NCBI RefSeq assembly: GCF_902652985.1
Contig: NC_047021.1
Coordinates: forward strand, 27,466,001-27,530,000
Direction: 5' to 3'
DNA: 64,000 bases
DNA from: Pecten maximus
Lineage: Eukaryota
Position 1 is the stretch's first letter; every line of letters starts with the position of its first letter. Below are positions 47,506-61,719 of this stretch, in pieces. The translations under genes were made by a program, and so were the position numbers. The notes under the pieces were generated by a model. That model worked only from the letters and a program-made list of their open reading frames with translations, searched no databases and was not told the DNA's origin.

Positions 47506-48134
47506 ATGGAAAAGTACAAGAACAAATCCAGGTTTTCGGGAGACTAAGCGGCGTCTTCATCGAAGACACCAGTCATGCGAACTAGATCAAATCCTCAAAT
47601 GAAAGCTATGGCAGTGACAATGAAACCTCTAGATATTTTAACCAGCATCGAAAATGTATGGATTCATATCGCAAAAGGAAATAGAACTTTCCCGGGGACT
47701 TCATCAACCTGCATCTATCGAGACCTCATTTTCTCCGTCATTAGTCGACATTGTCACGGAAGTCGTGATGATGGGAACACGTCCTAAATGTCGGATCAAC
47801 CGAGACATGCAAACACCTAAGTAATGAGCAGGGATGTTGCTATCTAGAAATGGAAAATCAACAATTGAGAAATTGTAATAATCTCGCTGATCACACAGCT
47901 TAATTGTATTCTGTCCCTGCTGAATAAGCTAATACCGAGGTAAGTGACTATCTCTACTCCAACAATGTTAGAGGTTTTACACGGCAGTCGGCAAAATAAT
48001 ATCCGATAGAAAAAGAGCCGACCAGCGGCCTCTTATGTTATAGGAGTATGACTATCTCATGCAGTCACATACACACAACAACACATCAGTTGTGTAAACC
48101 TTTAACATTTATTAATTTCTAGTAATTGCATCAC

Positions 48135-49456
48135 CTAATTTGGCTTTTTCCGACACGTGTTGATACAAATTTGTCGACACCTCTGACCTATGGCAGTATG
48201 GTAATACATATAGGCAAACGCGAGGACAGATGCTATGGATATAGGAGCCATTGAACTATAAGCGGAAGCGGTCACTACGACAAGGCCAAACAAGAACAGT
48301 ACCAATGCTGAAACAAGAAAGCCAATGACAACTCCTCTTATAAAACACAATCGCGATAAATTCGGGTGGCGCCACCTGACGACGATACTGGAACAAAGCG
48401 GCGTGTATTCGACGTCATCTTCAGACTGCACTACGTCGCCGCCATTGCCCTCACTTTGAACGTCGTACACCTGCGCGCTTCCCTCGATAAATGCAGTATT
48501 TTGATGGGTTGGTGTTGGCGTTCCAGAGACCCCATAGTTTCCTTTTCGATAGTACCAAGCTATCTGGATACCGTTGACGTAGGCAACAGAGCTAGAGAAA
48601 TATGCCATCACCACATACTGCAAAGGAATTACTAAACCGTACGTCGCCAGGAAGTCCGTCATCTTTCCAATCGTTGCTATCACTGCAGAGCGTGTCGATT
48701 GACCGGAAGTGGAGCGTAATTTCAGATTAAGGACAATCTGAAAAATCAATCAGAAAAAAATAGATATCAACCAAAACTTGTCAACCGAATAATTGTTTTT
48801 ATTTTTTTATTTTATTTTATTGATCATTACCAAGCTCGTTAAACATATATATATATTTATCCGCTATCATCATCAACCTAGATAGCAATTATCCGCTATC
48901 TGGGGCAGTAAGAAGATATGAAAGATTTCGTTCATGTTAGATAACTAGTTGAAAAAAAATACATGCAATGTACCTGTGGTAAAGTCTCCACACACCAGAG
49001 TGTAATGGCTACCCATTGCATCTCGGCAAACATTCGTGTTGTCAGTTGTATTGTAATGATGGTACCCCAAATGACCGCACAACCAGCAGCATAGCAGTAT
49101 TTAGCTTTCTTTGAGAACTCCGAGTTATACAACCAAAACTGAACGAGTATGGTGAACTCCAGTATTGGCATGTACACGGCGTTAATTGATGAATATACGG
49201 GTAGGCTGGCGTAAAGAAACACAAAGAAAATATTAACTAATGAAGCTATAAAGTTAGCAGTCGCCCACAGTATACTGAGTCCCAAGACGGACTTCCGGCG
49301 GAAGTTCTTGTATACCTGTGGTAACAGGACTAGGAACCACAGCGTGGTGCTGGTCAAACCACATATGTTGGCCGCCACGCATGTCCACAGGGCCCACTCC
49401 GGCCGACAGTTTCGTTCCAGAGCATTATGAGAGTCGTGTGATCCGTTAGACATCAT
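48135..49456 (-). CDS. PQ-loop repeat membrane protein, copy 2
   Basis: Exons 49456-48974 and 48737-48135. Differs from copy 1 at three residues (SVVG/SVLG, NFTA/NFIA, INRC/INTC). Confidence 0.88.
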
Positions 49457-49709
49457 CCGTCATGTCACTTCATGAGTAGGAGCCTTATATTGATCGGTTC
49501 GATAGTAATGGGCGTTCTTAGGCTGCTCGTAAGTTCCGAGAAATGTCACAGCGATTCTACTTTCGGTTTGTACTTCCCGTTTTACATATGACGCTGTCCG
49601 TGTGCACATTACCGACCTAACAGAGCGTAGGTTATTTATGTGCCGATATCCTCGTACACATGTGTCACATGTGTTTGATACTGGTTACGCAATAGATACT
49701 ATTGCCTTA

Positions 49710-49935
49710 GGGGCCGCGGTGGCCGAGTGGTTAAGGTGTCCCGACACTTTAACACTAGCCCTCCACCTCTGGGTTGCGAGTTCGAAACCTACGTGGGGCA
49801 GTTGCGAGGTACTGACCGTAGGCCGGTGGTTTTTCTCCGGGTTCTCCGGCTTTCCTCCACCTCCAAAACCTGGCACGTCCTTAAATGACCCTGGCTGTTA
49901 ATAGGACGTTAAACAAAAACAAACAAACAAACAAA
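49710..49935 (+). mobile_element. tRNA-derived SINE, copy 2
   Basis: Same boxes and tail as copy 1. TSD agatactatt at 49694-49703 and 49936-49945. Confidence 0.9.
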
Positions 49936-51768
49936 AGATACTATTCATTTCAAACATGATAGGATCGCCACCGAAGCTTTCAATTTAAACCAAGCCAATG
50001 GTATAGAATAAAATGCGCTGTGCATGCTAGTCGAAGACTCTTGTTACCTGTTACTTCTCAAAGATATGAAAAGTAATATTGAAAAGTGGTATTCGCTGTT
50101 GTTTTTGTTATTGACACAATCAAAAACGAAAACAAAACAAAAAATAACGAAATGATTAGAAAATGATTTTAATTTAAGAATAATAAAAAAAGTGGTGCGC
50201 ACAAAGAGATTTACACAAACATCGAAAAGGTAGATAAAGACCCTATGTTCCCGTAACGGATATCATGGTTGATAACAACGTCGCCTCGAGCACATGGTCA
50301 TAGTCTCTAAACGTTCATTTGTATCGACCAAAGAAGTATCGTATGGAACAGTTTTCAATGGAATACGGAAAACAATAATTGTAATAATTTTTCTTTTTAC
50401 CTCTGATCGCGTGATTCGGATTTCTAATTTAACTAACAACCGGTAAAAACATCCGTCGAGTATTAACAGTTTTTCTGCTCTAACTCAAGATCATTAAAAT
50501 TCCTGGTGTAGTAGTGACATTTGAAAACACACATTTATGGCGTTTAATAAGCATTCGATAGACCTCTTTTACCAATAAATGCCATTGCAAAATTAACACA
50601 CGTTATTATTTCAATTTTAAACTATATTCAAAACAAATGGCTATTTCATTTGATCAACACTATCCTGTACTTGTTAGGAAAACATTAAACCTGTTTCATA
50701 ACTTAACGGTTTTTATATTCTGCTCGACAAGAGGTCTTTGCTGAGATGGGATTTGAATGTGTTTGAATCATATCATATGACAATGACACGCTCAAAGAAT
50801 TTTTTTTTTCTATTTTCAATCACTCGTGAATTGCATTTTATCTGCTTATACTTTCCATTGCTCTTATTTTGAGAATGTGACTAAACCCAGATTTAACATA
50901 AATTTATATAGCGCATGTCGCCGAAGAAACAGAAGACGCTTGTCCTTGGAAACACCTGGTCCCATTCTCTTGTGTATAGTCAGGGGTCGGTAATCGCCAT
51001 TGTTTTTGAATTAGAAGAACGAAGTGGTTATTATGCCGGTATTCTCCGTTGTTTTTTAGTTAAAATTACGACTTCGTTATCATGCCGGTATTCTCCGTTG
51101 TTTTTAGTTAAAATTACGACTTCGTTATCATGCCGGTATTCTCCGTTGTTTTTGTACACCATGTTGTGAACACACTTTGCTGTAAATCAGATTCAGTTTC
51201 GTCTGTCACATAAGGATGGTTATCTTTAAATGTTCATGGGTATTATTGAGGTACTTTTCATATCTTAAAATGATTGAAATCAAATATATATCTTTCAACA
51301 TCGTAAATACACATCAATCGTTGGGCCAAATATACACCATCACAAAGGCAAAACCGAATATCGACGATTGACTGGTAACGCAAGTAAGGTAGAACCAAAC
51401 ATAATAAAACAGTTCTTAGGCTTAGATTCCTATTTAAACTCCATTAAAGTCAGCCATTATTCTATTGCAGCCTATTGTTCCAGTTTACAGCTTATCTTCC
51501 TTACAGAAACTGTATCTATTTTAGTTGGAATTACGGTTCACTGGTTTACAGGTAGAGACAGGTAACTTTGCGTGTCTATCAGCTTCCATCTTTTCCTTGA
51601 AACATATCGCTTTCGATTTGCGTTTTCTGAAACCGTTGCGCGTTTTCATGATAATATTGCAATCGATCGATCTTTTCAGGTGACTTTATAAGAGATTTTC
51701 GTAACACTTCAAAACAAGGGTTACCTTCCATACAGGGGAGTTAGCCGTGGATTAACGCAATGCATACA

Positions 51769-53327
51769 ATGATCAGTTCAGAGAAGTACAATCTCGGTAC
51801 ACTGTTGATCGGAATTCTGTATATTACACTCGTCACAAGACTAGATGCCGGTAATTGTATAAAAACCAGTATTTTTAAGAACATGCATTATAATGATGTC
51901 ATTATTTCAGAGCAATTGCTGGTTTAATTTCCATTTCAATCAATCGGATTAATGGTTTTGGCTACGAACTGAGAGACAGAATAGCCTGCTGACATAAAGT
52001 ATGTCTACTTTTCAGCCTGTCCAGCTGGAAAGCACCGTTACACGAACTGTACCAATCCGTGTTTGGCTGGAGAGGACACAGTTTTCTGCGAGTCCGACCA
52101 CACGGCCACATGTCGCCCAGACTACTGCGGAGGATGTATTGCAAGATTTTACAACAATGTTGGCCAAGAAGTGTATTGTGAAAAAGGTAAATATCAAAGA
52201 ACCATTCAAGTTGTATCTTCTGTTGCTTTATGACGTACTTTCCATTATCATATCAATATGGATTATACTTCTAATACAAAATCATTTTACAGAAGTTATT
52301 AAGAAGGTTTGCACATGTATTTTGTATGGTGATTTAATCCAACAACAAAATTGAGCTGAATCACTGACTGTTATAACAGAGTTTATCTATGAAAATGAAA
52401 AGTCATCACTACCGGTATTACCTGTCGATTGAACGGTCCCGTCATTGTTGTCGTTATAACCCTTTTTTATTCACGTGAGCTGATTAATCACATTACTTTG
52501 TTCAGGAAATGTTTTTATCAGTATTTTGTCGGTGCTGTGTTTTACCTATGACCAGCTACTATGTACACTGTACATATGAGTCCCACTTTCTGTTACTGAT
52601 ACATTCGCTATACAACATATCTTTATATATATGCCTAAATCATATTTGTTTTTTTTTGTACCACAGAGTACGGCTTTGTTTGTGAACTAAAGAGCCACAC
52701 GGTTGGCTGCCTGGACCAGCCTGGGAAAGTTCTCCATGTTTCCTTCGCTAACTACGGACGGACATCTACCACCGTGTGTGTCCATCCATATGGTCTGGAG
52801 CGACTCCACAACACCACCACATGCGGCTCCCCTAGCACCCTTGGTGTGATCAGACAGATGTGTGAGGGTCGGTTTCAGTGTTTACTCACGGCCGACAATG
52901 AACTTTTCGGAGATGATCCTTGCTTCGGTATATACAAGTATCTGGAAGTTGAGGTCGAGTGTGTTTCTCCAGGTAGGTGCGACATTTCTGATATAAAAAC
53001 TTTTTTGTTGAGTGGCGTTGATTCAGCCAGTTAGGAAATCCCATGATAATAATAAAGCATGTAAATCCTTTTATAACACAAGGCTTTTTGAAAGGCTGGG
53101 CATATCTTATTTTGCATATATGATAATTGTTTGCCACTTCTTTTCCCAACTAAACGCCCCGTTGCATGTTTGACTGCTCAAAGGGGTTTTCATACGCACA
53201 GTTACGTCATACGGTATATACTTACCATTGGTTTGTTACAGATCCGACATCCACGGCAGCACAGCCGTTTGCATCAATTGGAACTTTGATGACCGTTTTC
53301 ATTCTGTTTCTGAAATGGATTAACTAG
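51769..53327 (+). CDS. 8-Cys module plus SUEL lectin protein, copy 2
   Basis: Exons 51769-51850, 52016-52186, 52667-52972 and 53242-53327. L->H change in the lectin exon; an extra in-frame ATG at 51760. Confidence 0.88.
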
Positions 53328-54535
53328 ACAAATAAAGCATACCAGAGAGATTGGTGAGGGACCAATTCCAGCGTGGATGTCCTACAGATCTATATTTGTT
53401 TTATTAGTAGAGACGGATTTTACTAGTGAGTTGTTTTACTCGTTTCGCCATATATGTGTTTTTAAAAATATTTGTGAAGCTGTTTCGGAATGTGATGATG
53501 TATAGCTTTAGCACCATTATATAGTTAATTTGTAACTGACATGACTTACCAAGTTGATTTAGGAAAAACTAACGCATTTATTTTGTCTTCAGTATTTTAT
53601 TTTGATAGACATCATTTTCTTGTTTTGTGATGTTTGAAATAAAGCATTATATATATATATCATAAAAAACAATCAGTTATGTTATTTCATTTCTCTAAAT
53701 TATATGCAAATCAGGATAATTACATACTTCTGTTAAAGAACAACAACAACACAAAACCCAAACGTTTGGCACTATATTCCAACCCTTTCAAGAGAAACAT
53801 CAATCTACCATAAGAATCAATCTACGTCATTGATTGGCAGTAATTACGTAGATGAATACACAATCAGTTATTTTAATGATACATATTTCAACGGTAATTT
53901 TCCTTTAGTGTTTTTCGTGTTTAAAGCCTTCTGCTAAATCATGATTGTAAGAATTGAAGTTTTCTTATATTAATTACGTTATGTTAAACAATAATTAATT
54001 TCTATATCAACTTTTATTAGTTGCGTTAATTAATCACTGCGATTATATGTATTCTTTCGGCTTTACCTGTCAGTACGTACACAGAATGTGTCTCGAGATA
54101 GACATTTGATCTACAGACATAACACGTGTTGTGACAATACGATAGGCCAATGACGACATTTAGTGCAATATTCCCATTAGATTCTTTACCAAGATATGAT
54201 TGTTATCAAAACTAATCCTTGTCCTTACATAATTGTGTGTCGACAGTTCACCAATGCTCCCAAAAGAAAATAGCGACTAAATTGTAAAGAACATCAATTT
54301 CTTTTCTGTATCAATCATTCCTAAAGTGGATGTTTAGATATGCAAATGGCAATCACACAAGAACCATTGTGTGACATATAGAATACATTGATACAGGCTA
54401 GTATAAATTACCAAATGCACATTCGATAAAAGGGTTGTGTGTATAATTATCGCAAAAGTCTCGATCACATAGCTAACGTGTGACTAATTCAAAATAAGGA
54501 TGTAATAGTAACTTCGAGAGGCTCCTAAAATGTCT

Positions 54536-55423
54536 AACAAGAGGCCCATGAACCTTAACGATCACCTGAGTTTTGAAATATTTAAGTAAAGTTAAATGAC
54601 CCTTTTTGGCCCAGTCGATCAGCAAAGGGAGTTAGTCAGGACATGTGCATACTATCGAGCTCTTATCACACGCTGATAATGTTAACAAAGTTAGAATGAA
54701 TTCCAATAGAAATCAAACAAATTATAGTCAAAATTGGGATTTCCTTATATAAACTATAGTAAAGTTTACCCCCTCCCTAGGCAAAACGTGAGACCCCAGG
54801 TTCATAAAATTCACAATTTTGGTAAAACTGCATAAGACCCTTCCATATATGAAATGTATTTGATTCTTTTGGGTTTTTTTAGAAGAAGTGTTTTGAAATT
54901 TCAGTTAATTTGATCCTTGTTGGCCAGCCCATAAGCCCCCGGGGTCAGTCAGTGCCAACATCTGCATACCATCGAGCTGTCATCCAATGCTGATAATGTT
55001 AACAATGTTAGAACAAGTTAGAATGAATTCCAATAGAAATCAAACAAATTATAGTCAAAATTGTGATTTCTCTATAAATTATAAATTATAGAAAAGTTTA
55101 CCTCTTTCCCAGGGGCAAACGTGAAACTCCAGGTTCATGAAATTCACATTTTTTTGTAAAGCACCTTAAGACCATTCCATCTACGAAGAGTGTGTGAGTC
55201 TTACTTATTTAGGTCTTGAAAGAAGTTTCATGAAATGTCAGATAATTTGACCCTTTTTGGCCCTGCCCCTCAGGCCCCTTGGGGATCGGGACCATATAAT
55301 TCACAATTTTTGTTGACCTTTGGCCACGGAAGCTTCCGCCAAATTTCATTGAATTTGGTTCTGCGGTTTTCATGAAAAAGTCGAAAACTAAGTGTAAAGT
55401 GTTTACGAAAGCACGACGGACGA
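54536..55423 (+). mobile_element. Helentron-type non-autonomous element with diverged internal repeats, cut off at its 3' end
   Basis: aacaagaggcccatgaaccttaacgatcacctgag start and an internal ~310-bp duplication. It ends in acgacggacga, directly abutting the foldback element. Confidence 0.7.
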
Positions 55424-55427
55424 TTAA

Positions 55428-56333
55428 AGCCTATTAAAGATCTACACCAAAAAGGATTACTTGTTTTCTTCAAAGAACGAACGTAATTCTCTTATTTGGC
55501 CAAAAACTGAAAAACAAATTAAAAATCATACGTGGATATAGGCAATTAACACACTTGACGATTTTTCATCAAATTGGCTATAAATGACATGATCACTCTA
55601 CGTATTGAAACCATCCCATCCTCCGCTTAATTTAAATGTATAAACACGCCGTTACATATATAAATGAATACATGAATATTGTACATAATGTATTTTAAAC
55701 GAAAAATGATCAACCTAAACAAAAATGATATCGATTACACTCCAAAATAAACGGGATATCGTCAACACTTTGTAACCCATGGTTTTATATTCACAGAACG
55801 TTTATGTCAACGTCTATGTGATCAAAACATTGAAGATAACTAACAAAGGGAAATAAAAAACAGCTGGTTTAAAATGAATATACTTGAAGAATAGCCGATT
55901 GTTCTGGGATATAATGGGAATTGCCTAAAGTGTGTTTTATATGATTGAATTTTATAGGAATTAAAGTGGGGATTTTGAGAGAAAAGGTTTACCGCCGTTT
56001 AGTGTTAGTTTGAACTTAGTCATGTCGCTGATGAATACAAGACCATCGTTAAAAAGTGTTGACGATATCCCATCGCTTTTGGAGTGTTATTGATATCATT
56101 TTATTTAGGTTGAATATTTTTCGTTTAAAATACAACATTCATATACATATACATTTATATATTTATGGGCGTGTTTATACATTGAAATGAATCGGAGGAT
56201 AGAATGGTTTCAATATTTAGTGCGATCATGTCATTTATAGCCCAATTTCATGAAATTTTGGCCAAATAAAGGAAATACGTTCGCTATTTGTTGAAGGCGA
56301 GTAATCCTTTTTGGTGTAGATCTTCAATAGGCT
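55428..56333. mobile_element. Non-autonomous DNA transposon/MITE with long (~280-340 bp) imperfect terminal inverted repeats
   Basis: agcctattaaagatctacaccaaaaaggattact at the left end pairs with agtaatcctttttggtgtagatcttcaataggct at the right. Inner ends gggatatcgtcaacacttt (~55753-55771) and aaagtgttgacgatatccc (~56053-56071). Confidence 0.88.
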
Positions 56334-56796
56334 ATGTGTCGATATACAAATTGAACGGAAAACATCGGTAACTTGAAAAAGCGTATCCCGAAACGGGCTG
56401 TGGAGACGCCATTTTTGTGTGACCGAGTCCATGTATGTGACGTAGGATCCACCCCTGATATACAAACGTAAAGTTTATACATTTAACTATTCCGTGATAT
56501 AAGTGAATATCATATCATGACGCCAACGGGATTAAAAAAAAAAAACATAATTTTTAATATATATGATTATTTCGGCTTACTGCGTCCTGGTGACAGTCAG
56601 GCTCACATCAATACGGCGAAATGAAGGCTTTCTACAGGTTAATGTAAAATATTGCAAACAAGTGTAGGTATTTATTTTGTCTTTGTAAGTAATATAACAG
56701 TGTTGTGACTAAGACAATAGTCGGACTTCCCGCCGGTTAGGCACATGTTATGCATATTGCTTACAGATGCCGAAATCTCGCGAGACACGATGAAGT

Positions 56797-57712
56797 ATGA
56801 ATGAGATCCGAGTGCACGGCCTACTGTTGGAGAGATACAACACTCAGTTTCAGGGACTACTTCACAAACTCATCAGACCGGCTGCAGGTATGTCCGCCAT
56901 TTCCCTTTATCCTGGCCTGACCATATTGTTACCTTTGTTAACCTATCTACAGTCGCATGATTTTAAATGTGTTTTTTAAAGACATTGTCGTCATTAGAGG
57001 ATGAGTAATGTTAGAAGCGTTTATGATCCATCCCTCGGTTGATCCCTCCTCTTGATACCGCAACATCTCTTACCAAGTTTGGATAGTTTTAAACATATTA
57101 CAAATATGTTAATGAATCTAGGATTACATCGCTCTTGATAACAGATATAATTATGAGGCATAAAACTTACTTATTATATTCAACATAAAATATTAATTAT
57201 TTTTTAATGTGAAAAAATACTAATTCATGAAAATCTAAGAATAGAAAATTTCGACGAAAGAGTGTGCTGATTTTATATGAATATAGAAACAGGATGATGA
57301 ACACCAATAATCGTTGATTATTTGAGTAATTATTCTAATCTATCGGTTTAACGATGAGTCAATTATTTCCCCGCTGGTGCCCCCTTACACGTGCTTGCCA
57401 TGCTGCCTGTGCCCATCAGTTATGTATGACTGTGTAAGTGAAGCTGTACCACCAGTAAAACGTGCGCGTGCACGTCCCTCTCGCGCTCTATTAGATGTAC
57501 TATGTGTTAGTGATCCTTTTATCTCTATACCACCCCGACCAACCCTGTCAGCATTTATTATACATATTGTGTGTAAATGTCCGCTCCCCATCATTCGCCA
57601 ACCTCTGTCCTTCAGTTTTGTGAAAGTTGTCCTTATTATATCTACTGCCATCATCCATCACCCTCACATAATTCAGTTTCAATCAACCTCAGTCAATACC
57701 AAACATACGGAT

Positions 57713-57748
<36 letters not shown>

Positions 57749-58602
57749 ACACACACACAACGACACCCATCCTAATCCCGTTTCTTCAACTCTAACGCCC
57801 ATGCCCTTAGCCGCTTGATCCTCTAAAATGTCCATCCCTCCCACGACTAATATACCCCTACCAACACCCATTCCTGTATCCACTCTCAAGCATTTCCCCC
57901 TACCATATCTGCCCCACGCTTGTTCCAATCCACAAAAGCAACATCAATAATGATTATGTAACCGATGTTTTAAAAAGCTCTGATATCATCACTAATCCAA
58001 AGCGTTATGTTACTAATAGTCACTGCATTATATTTACATTTACACTGCAGCCCCACTATATATTTTACCAAGCTCACTTGAAGGTTACGAGTCCATTACT
58101 TCCAAATCTTTATTATGACGTCATTATTATAGTGACGTAATAATGATCACGTCGGCGATAACGAAAGATGGCTGTTGAAAAGGCTGTTCCGTCTTTGACG
58201 ATAATAATTTGTTCATTCATCGTCGGAGCAAAATTTCTGGATATAGTCTTAAAAAATCGTTGTCAAATGTAAATATAAGCATTGAGCTGCTTTCAGTTGG
58301 AAGCTATGGGCTGATGAATGCCAGCTGGACAAAGGCAAATTCAACATGAAGCGCGATGCATTAAATTTGCCTTTGTCCAGTTGGCATTCATCAGCCAATA
58401 ACTTCCAACTGAAAGCAGTTCAATGCTTAAATCACGAAGAGATGATATCATATAATGATTTTCACTTTATTGAATTAACAATTTAACATAACTCCCCCTC
58501 TTCAGTTGCTCTCACAACTCAAGGTCCTCTTTGATCACTCACTTTTACACCGAATGCCAATCTTCTCACTCTCTTTAAATTCCATGTTCCTCTTTCCCCA
58601 CT

Positions 58603-58643
<41 letters not shown>

Positions 58644-61600
58644 TTTTTATTTTCCCACTTTATTTCACACCCCAGACAATCCTTTCACTCTCACACTCCT
58701 TTTCACACAACAAAATCACGTTTCTCAACGCTCACTCACACCTGAGACTCCCCTTTCCATCTCCTTCGCATACCTCATGCCCCGTTTGCTCAATCCGATG
58801 TTCCACTTTCCTGTTTCCTCTCGCCTCCCAGACTCCCATTTGATCGCCCCAGCACTAGCGAGTCTTTTTGGTGCTCCTGACCATGCTCTCTCCTCTCCGA
58901 TTCCTATCCTCATCTTCAACTCCTACAACAGTACTACATCGTTAGATCGTACTTACCGTTATATATGCATGATCTTCTACCAATTTATATACATTTCATG
59001 TCAACTTTCTCCATTGAGGAAATCGTCCCTTGTAACTAATACACAAATAATAATTTAATACGTTCTGCTATAATTTAAAGTGTCGTCCAGAGGTTTAATC
59101 AATGTTATTGTTCCAATAGCATCTGAATTTATTATCTTGATCAGTTTTCATCGGTTCTTTTTTACTCTTTGATGACACGTTTTGCAATTATTTCTGTGTT
59201 TGTTGACATGTTAGTAATTTGTAAGGAGCTATATAGATTATATATTGTCTTAGTGAACCCCTCTGGAATGTGTGGCCGCGTCCCCATTCGCCCCGCTGTG
59301 TTGGTATAACCTACACTGTCTGGCTAGATAATTCCCGCGATTTATCATAAGCCGATTCAGACGCTGGGGCTGATATAAGTAGCTATACTTACATCATACA
59401 CGTCCGTCCATCGCTCTAGTGTTTACATGTATGCGTGTCATTATATAGTAAGTATGTGTTTGTCTACATTGATAACGACCTAACGGTCTGATATTATCAG
59501 CATGGTAAGAAGGTCCGTAGATATTTATGTATGTAAGGGCAACCGTCACTGGTAGGATAACTAGCCCAACAATAGGAGGGATTTTATTGACAGTAAACGC
59601 ATACGATTTAAGATATATCCTAACAAAAATATCGCCCTGTTTTAATTGATAAAACAATGTGTATTAACATTAATGGAAGTTTCTTTTTACTTTGGATATT
59701 TCACGAGAAATTTTTATTTTTGTATGTTGAAAATCGGAAGGTACGTTAATGAAGAAAATAATGAATAAATCGATCGCCGTTATCAACTTAATTACGGTTA
59801 TGGAAGTCGAAATAAAGCAATGTAAGAAATTTTTGGATTCATTAATTCAACTTGAGAGGCATTTCTGAAAACTGGACATATAATTTGAAAAGAATATTGC
59901 AGACCCTTTCACTTAATCTGAAGCTGTTTGATACATAATAGCCATTAACATGAAAATGATGAAATTAACATTAAAGGTCATTTCTTTCATGCTTTCCCAA
60001 ACATATAGATACGTGTTAATCTATGTCGTGAATGATAAATCTTATTTAGATTTTTTTCTTTCTATTTTAGAAGGTATTTCATAGAAAAACAGTTCACCAA
60101 TTAATAAGATTTCTTTTTTTCATTGCCCAATTAACTTTTCGGTTCGATCAAAGTTTTATCTCCAGCTCGCGGAAATCTTTAACCCAACTCTGATTCCACA
60201 AATTTCGTCGTCAAATACGAAGGTCATATTTCAGGCATATTTATTTATCAAATAGAAACATAATTAAAAGAGCTGAGGAAGACCTATATCCAGTTTAATT
60301 TAGTATTTTGTATACATTTTAATAACAAAAGTGCTAATAAAGTTGAATTGAATATGTTATGTATATAATTAGTATGGGTAAAATCAAGATTGAATTTAAA
60401 AATAATAATAATAATAAAACGGAGGGGCTATCAGAAGATATCTCCTCATTTGAAAATAAAATCCAACTTTTGTCCAACTGAAATATGACTTTATCCCCAA
60501 TCAATTCGGTAATTCAGCACTTTCTATGACGTAACTCGCATATCACCACACGTTTCAATCTAGTTGTTTCATTCCGATCGATCATAAATCAACCACAAAT
60601 CTACCATCTAAAACATTTTACTTTTCACCAGTGATAGAAAATATACATGGTAATATCAGTAGGTTATGTAAACTTCAGATATGTGTCAATTGCAAATTCG
60701 TATTTTTAGTCTACTGACCGACAAAATGCACGTATGTGTCTCGTTACCACTGTTCTAGTCTGTGTGAGTGATGTATGCTATGTATTTCAGAGTTATCATT
60801 AACGCATCAATATGTAAAAAAAATAATACATTGAACAAATGCGGTGAGCATTAAAGTCATGGCAGAAGGTATAGGGTGGTTCGGGATTTCGCGTTACAAA
60901 GTATTTCATAGCATTAGGGATTAGTTTGTACATCAATGGTAAACATGTATATAGGAGTGAGTTGTTTAATAGTTCTATATGTAGTACCGGCATATATAGT
61001 TACATCTTCCTTTATACTTTAGGAAACACTTTGGAATTCTAATCTTAACCAGTCTTACATTGTATCCTTAAAGGAATACCTTGTAATCTATTCTTTTGCT
61101 TTTTTTTTCGCAACAGCCAGGGCGGTGTCGGTCACAACTTGAGGTAGCATGGCACCCCTTGGGCTACATACGTACAATAACCAGTGTCTTAGGCCCTGAA
61201 CACTACTGTCGTTAGACTGCTAAATTCATATATTTTTTTTCAATCTACCTTATCAAACCCTGTTTTTATTAAGGTGTGCTATTATCTTTGATGTCTTTTG
61301 TGCAATCCTTTGTTACAGGAACAGTATGCAGCTACTCTAACAACCTCGCCAACAGACCCCTTAACAATAGTATGCACCGACCCCTCAAACTAAAGATCCA
61401 AAATGCACTTAACCAAGTGATACTAGGCGATGCCGAGTCTCGTGGACTCTTTGTAGGAGGAAGACGTAGAAACCGAAAGAAGAGGAGGAGTAGGAATGGT
61501 AAGGGAACCAAGGAACTCGTAGTCATTAGGTGAACAGGTACCGTAGGCAGGAAATTAGAAGGAATTAGACGAAAGGCAAGGATGGAATATCAGAATTTGT

Positions 61601-61676
61601 AATTAGACGATAGTCAAATGTTATAGACTAAACAAAACTGAAAAGGAAGATCCAAACAAATGTCAAGAAGCTAGGA

Positions 61677-61719
<43 letters not shown>

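Larger units (their letters stand above)
46462..54890. repeat. Tandem segmental duplication, copy 2
   Basis: Matches copy 1 but lacks the ~1.4-kb segment 40333-41764. Confidence 0.95.

Noticed and set aside
57377-57928. Poly-Pro and poly-Gly ORFs
   Set aside because: They derive from a poly-C/(CA)n tract and show no splice or domain support.
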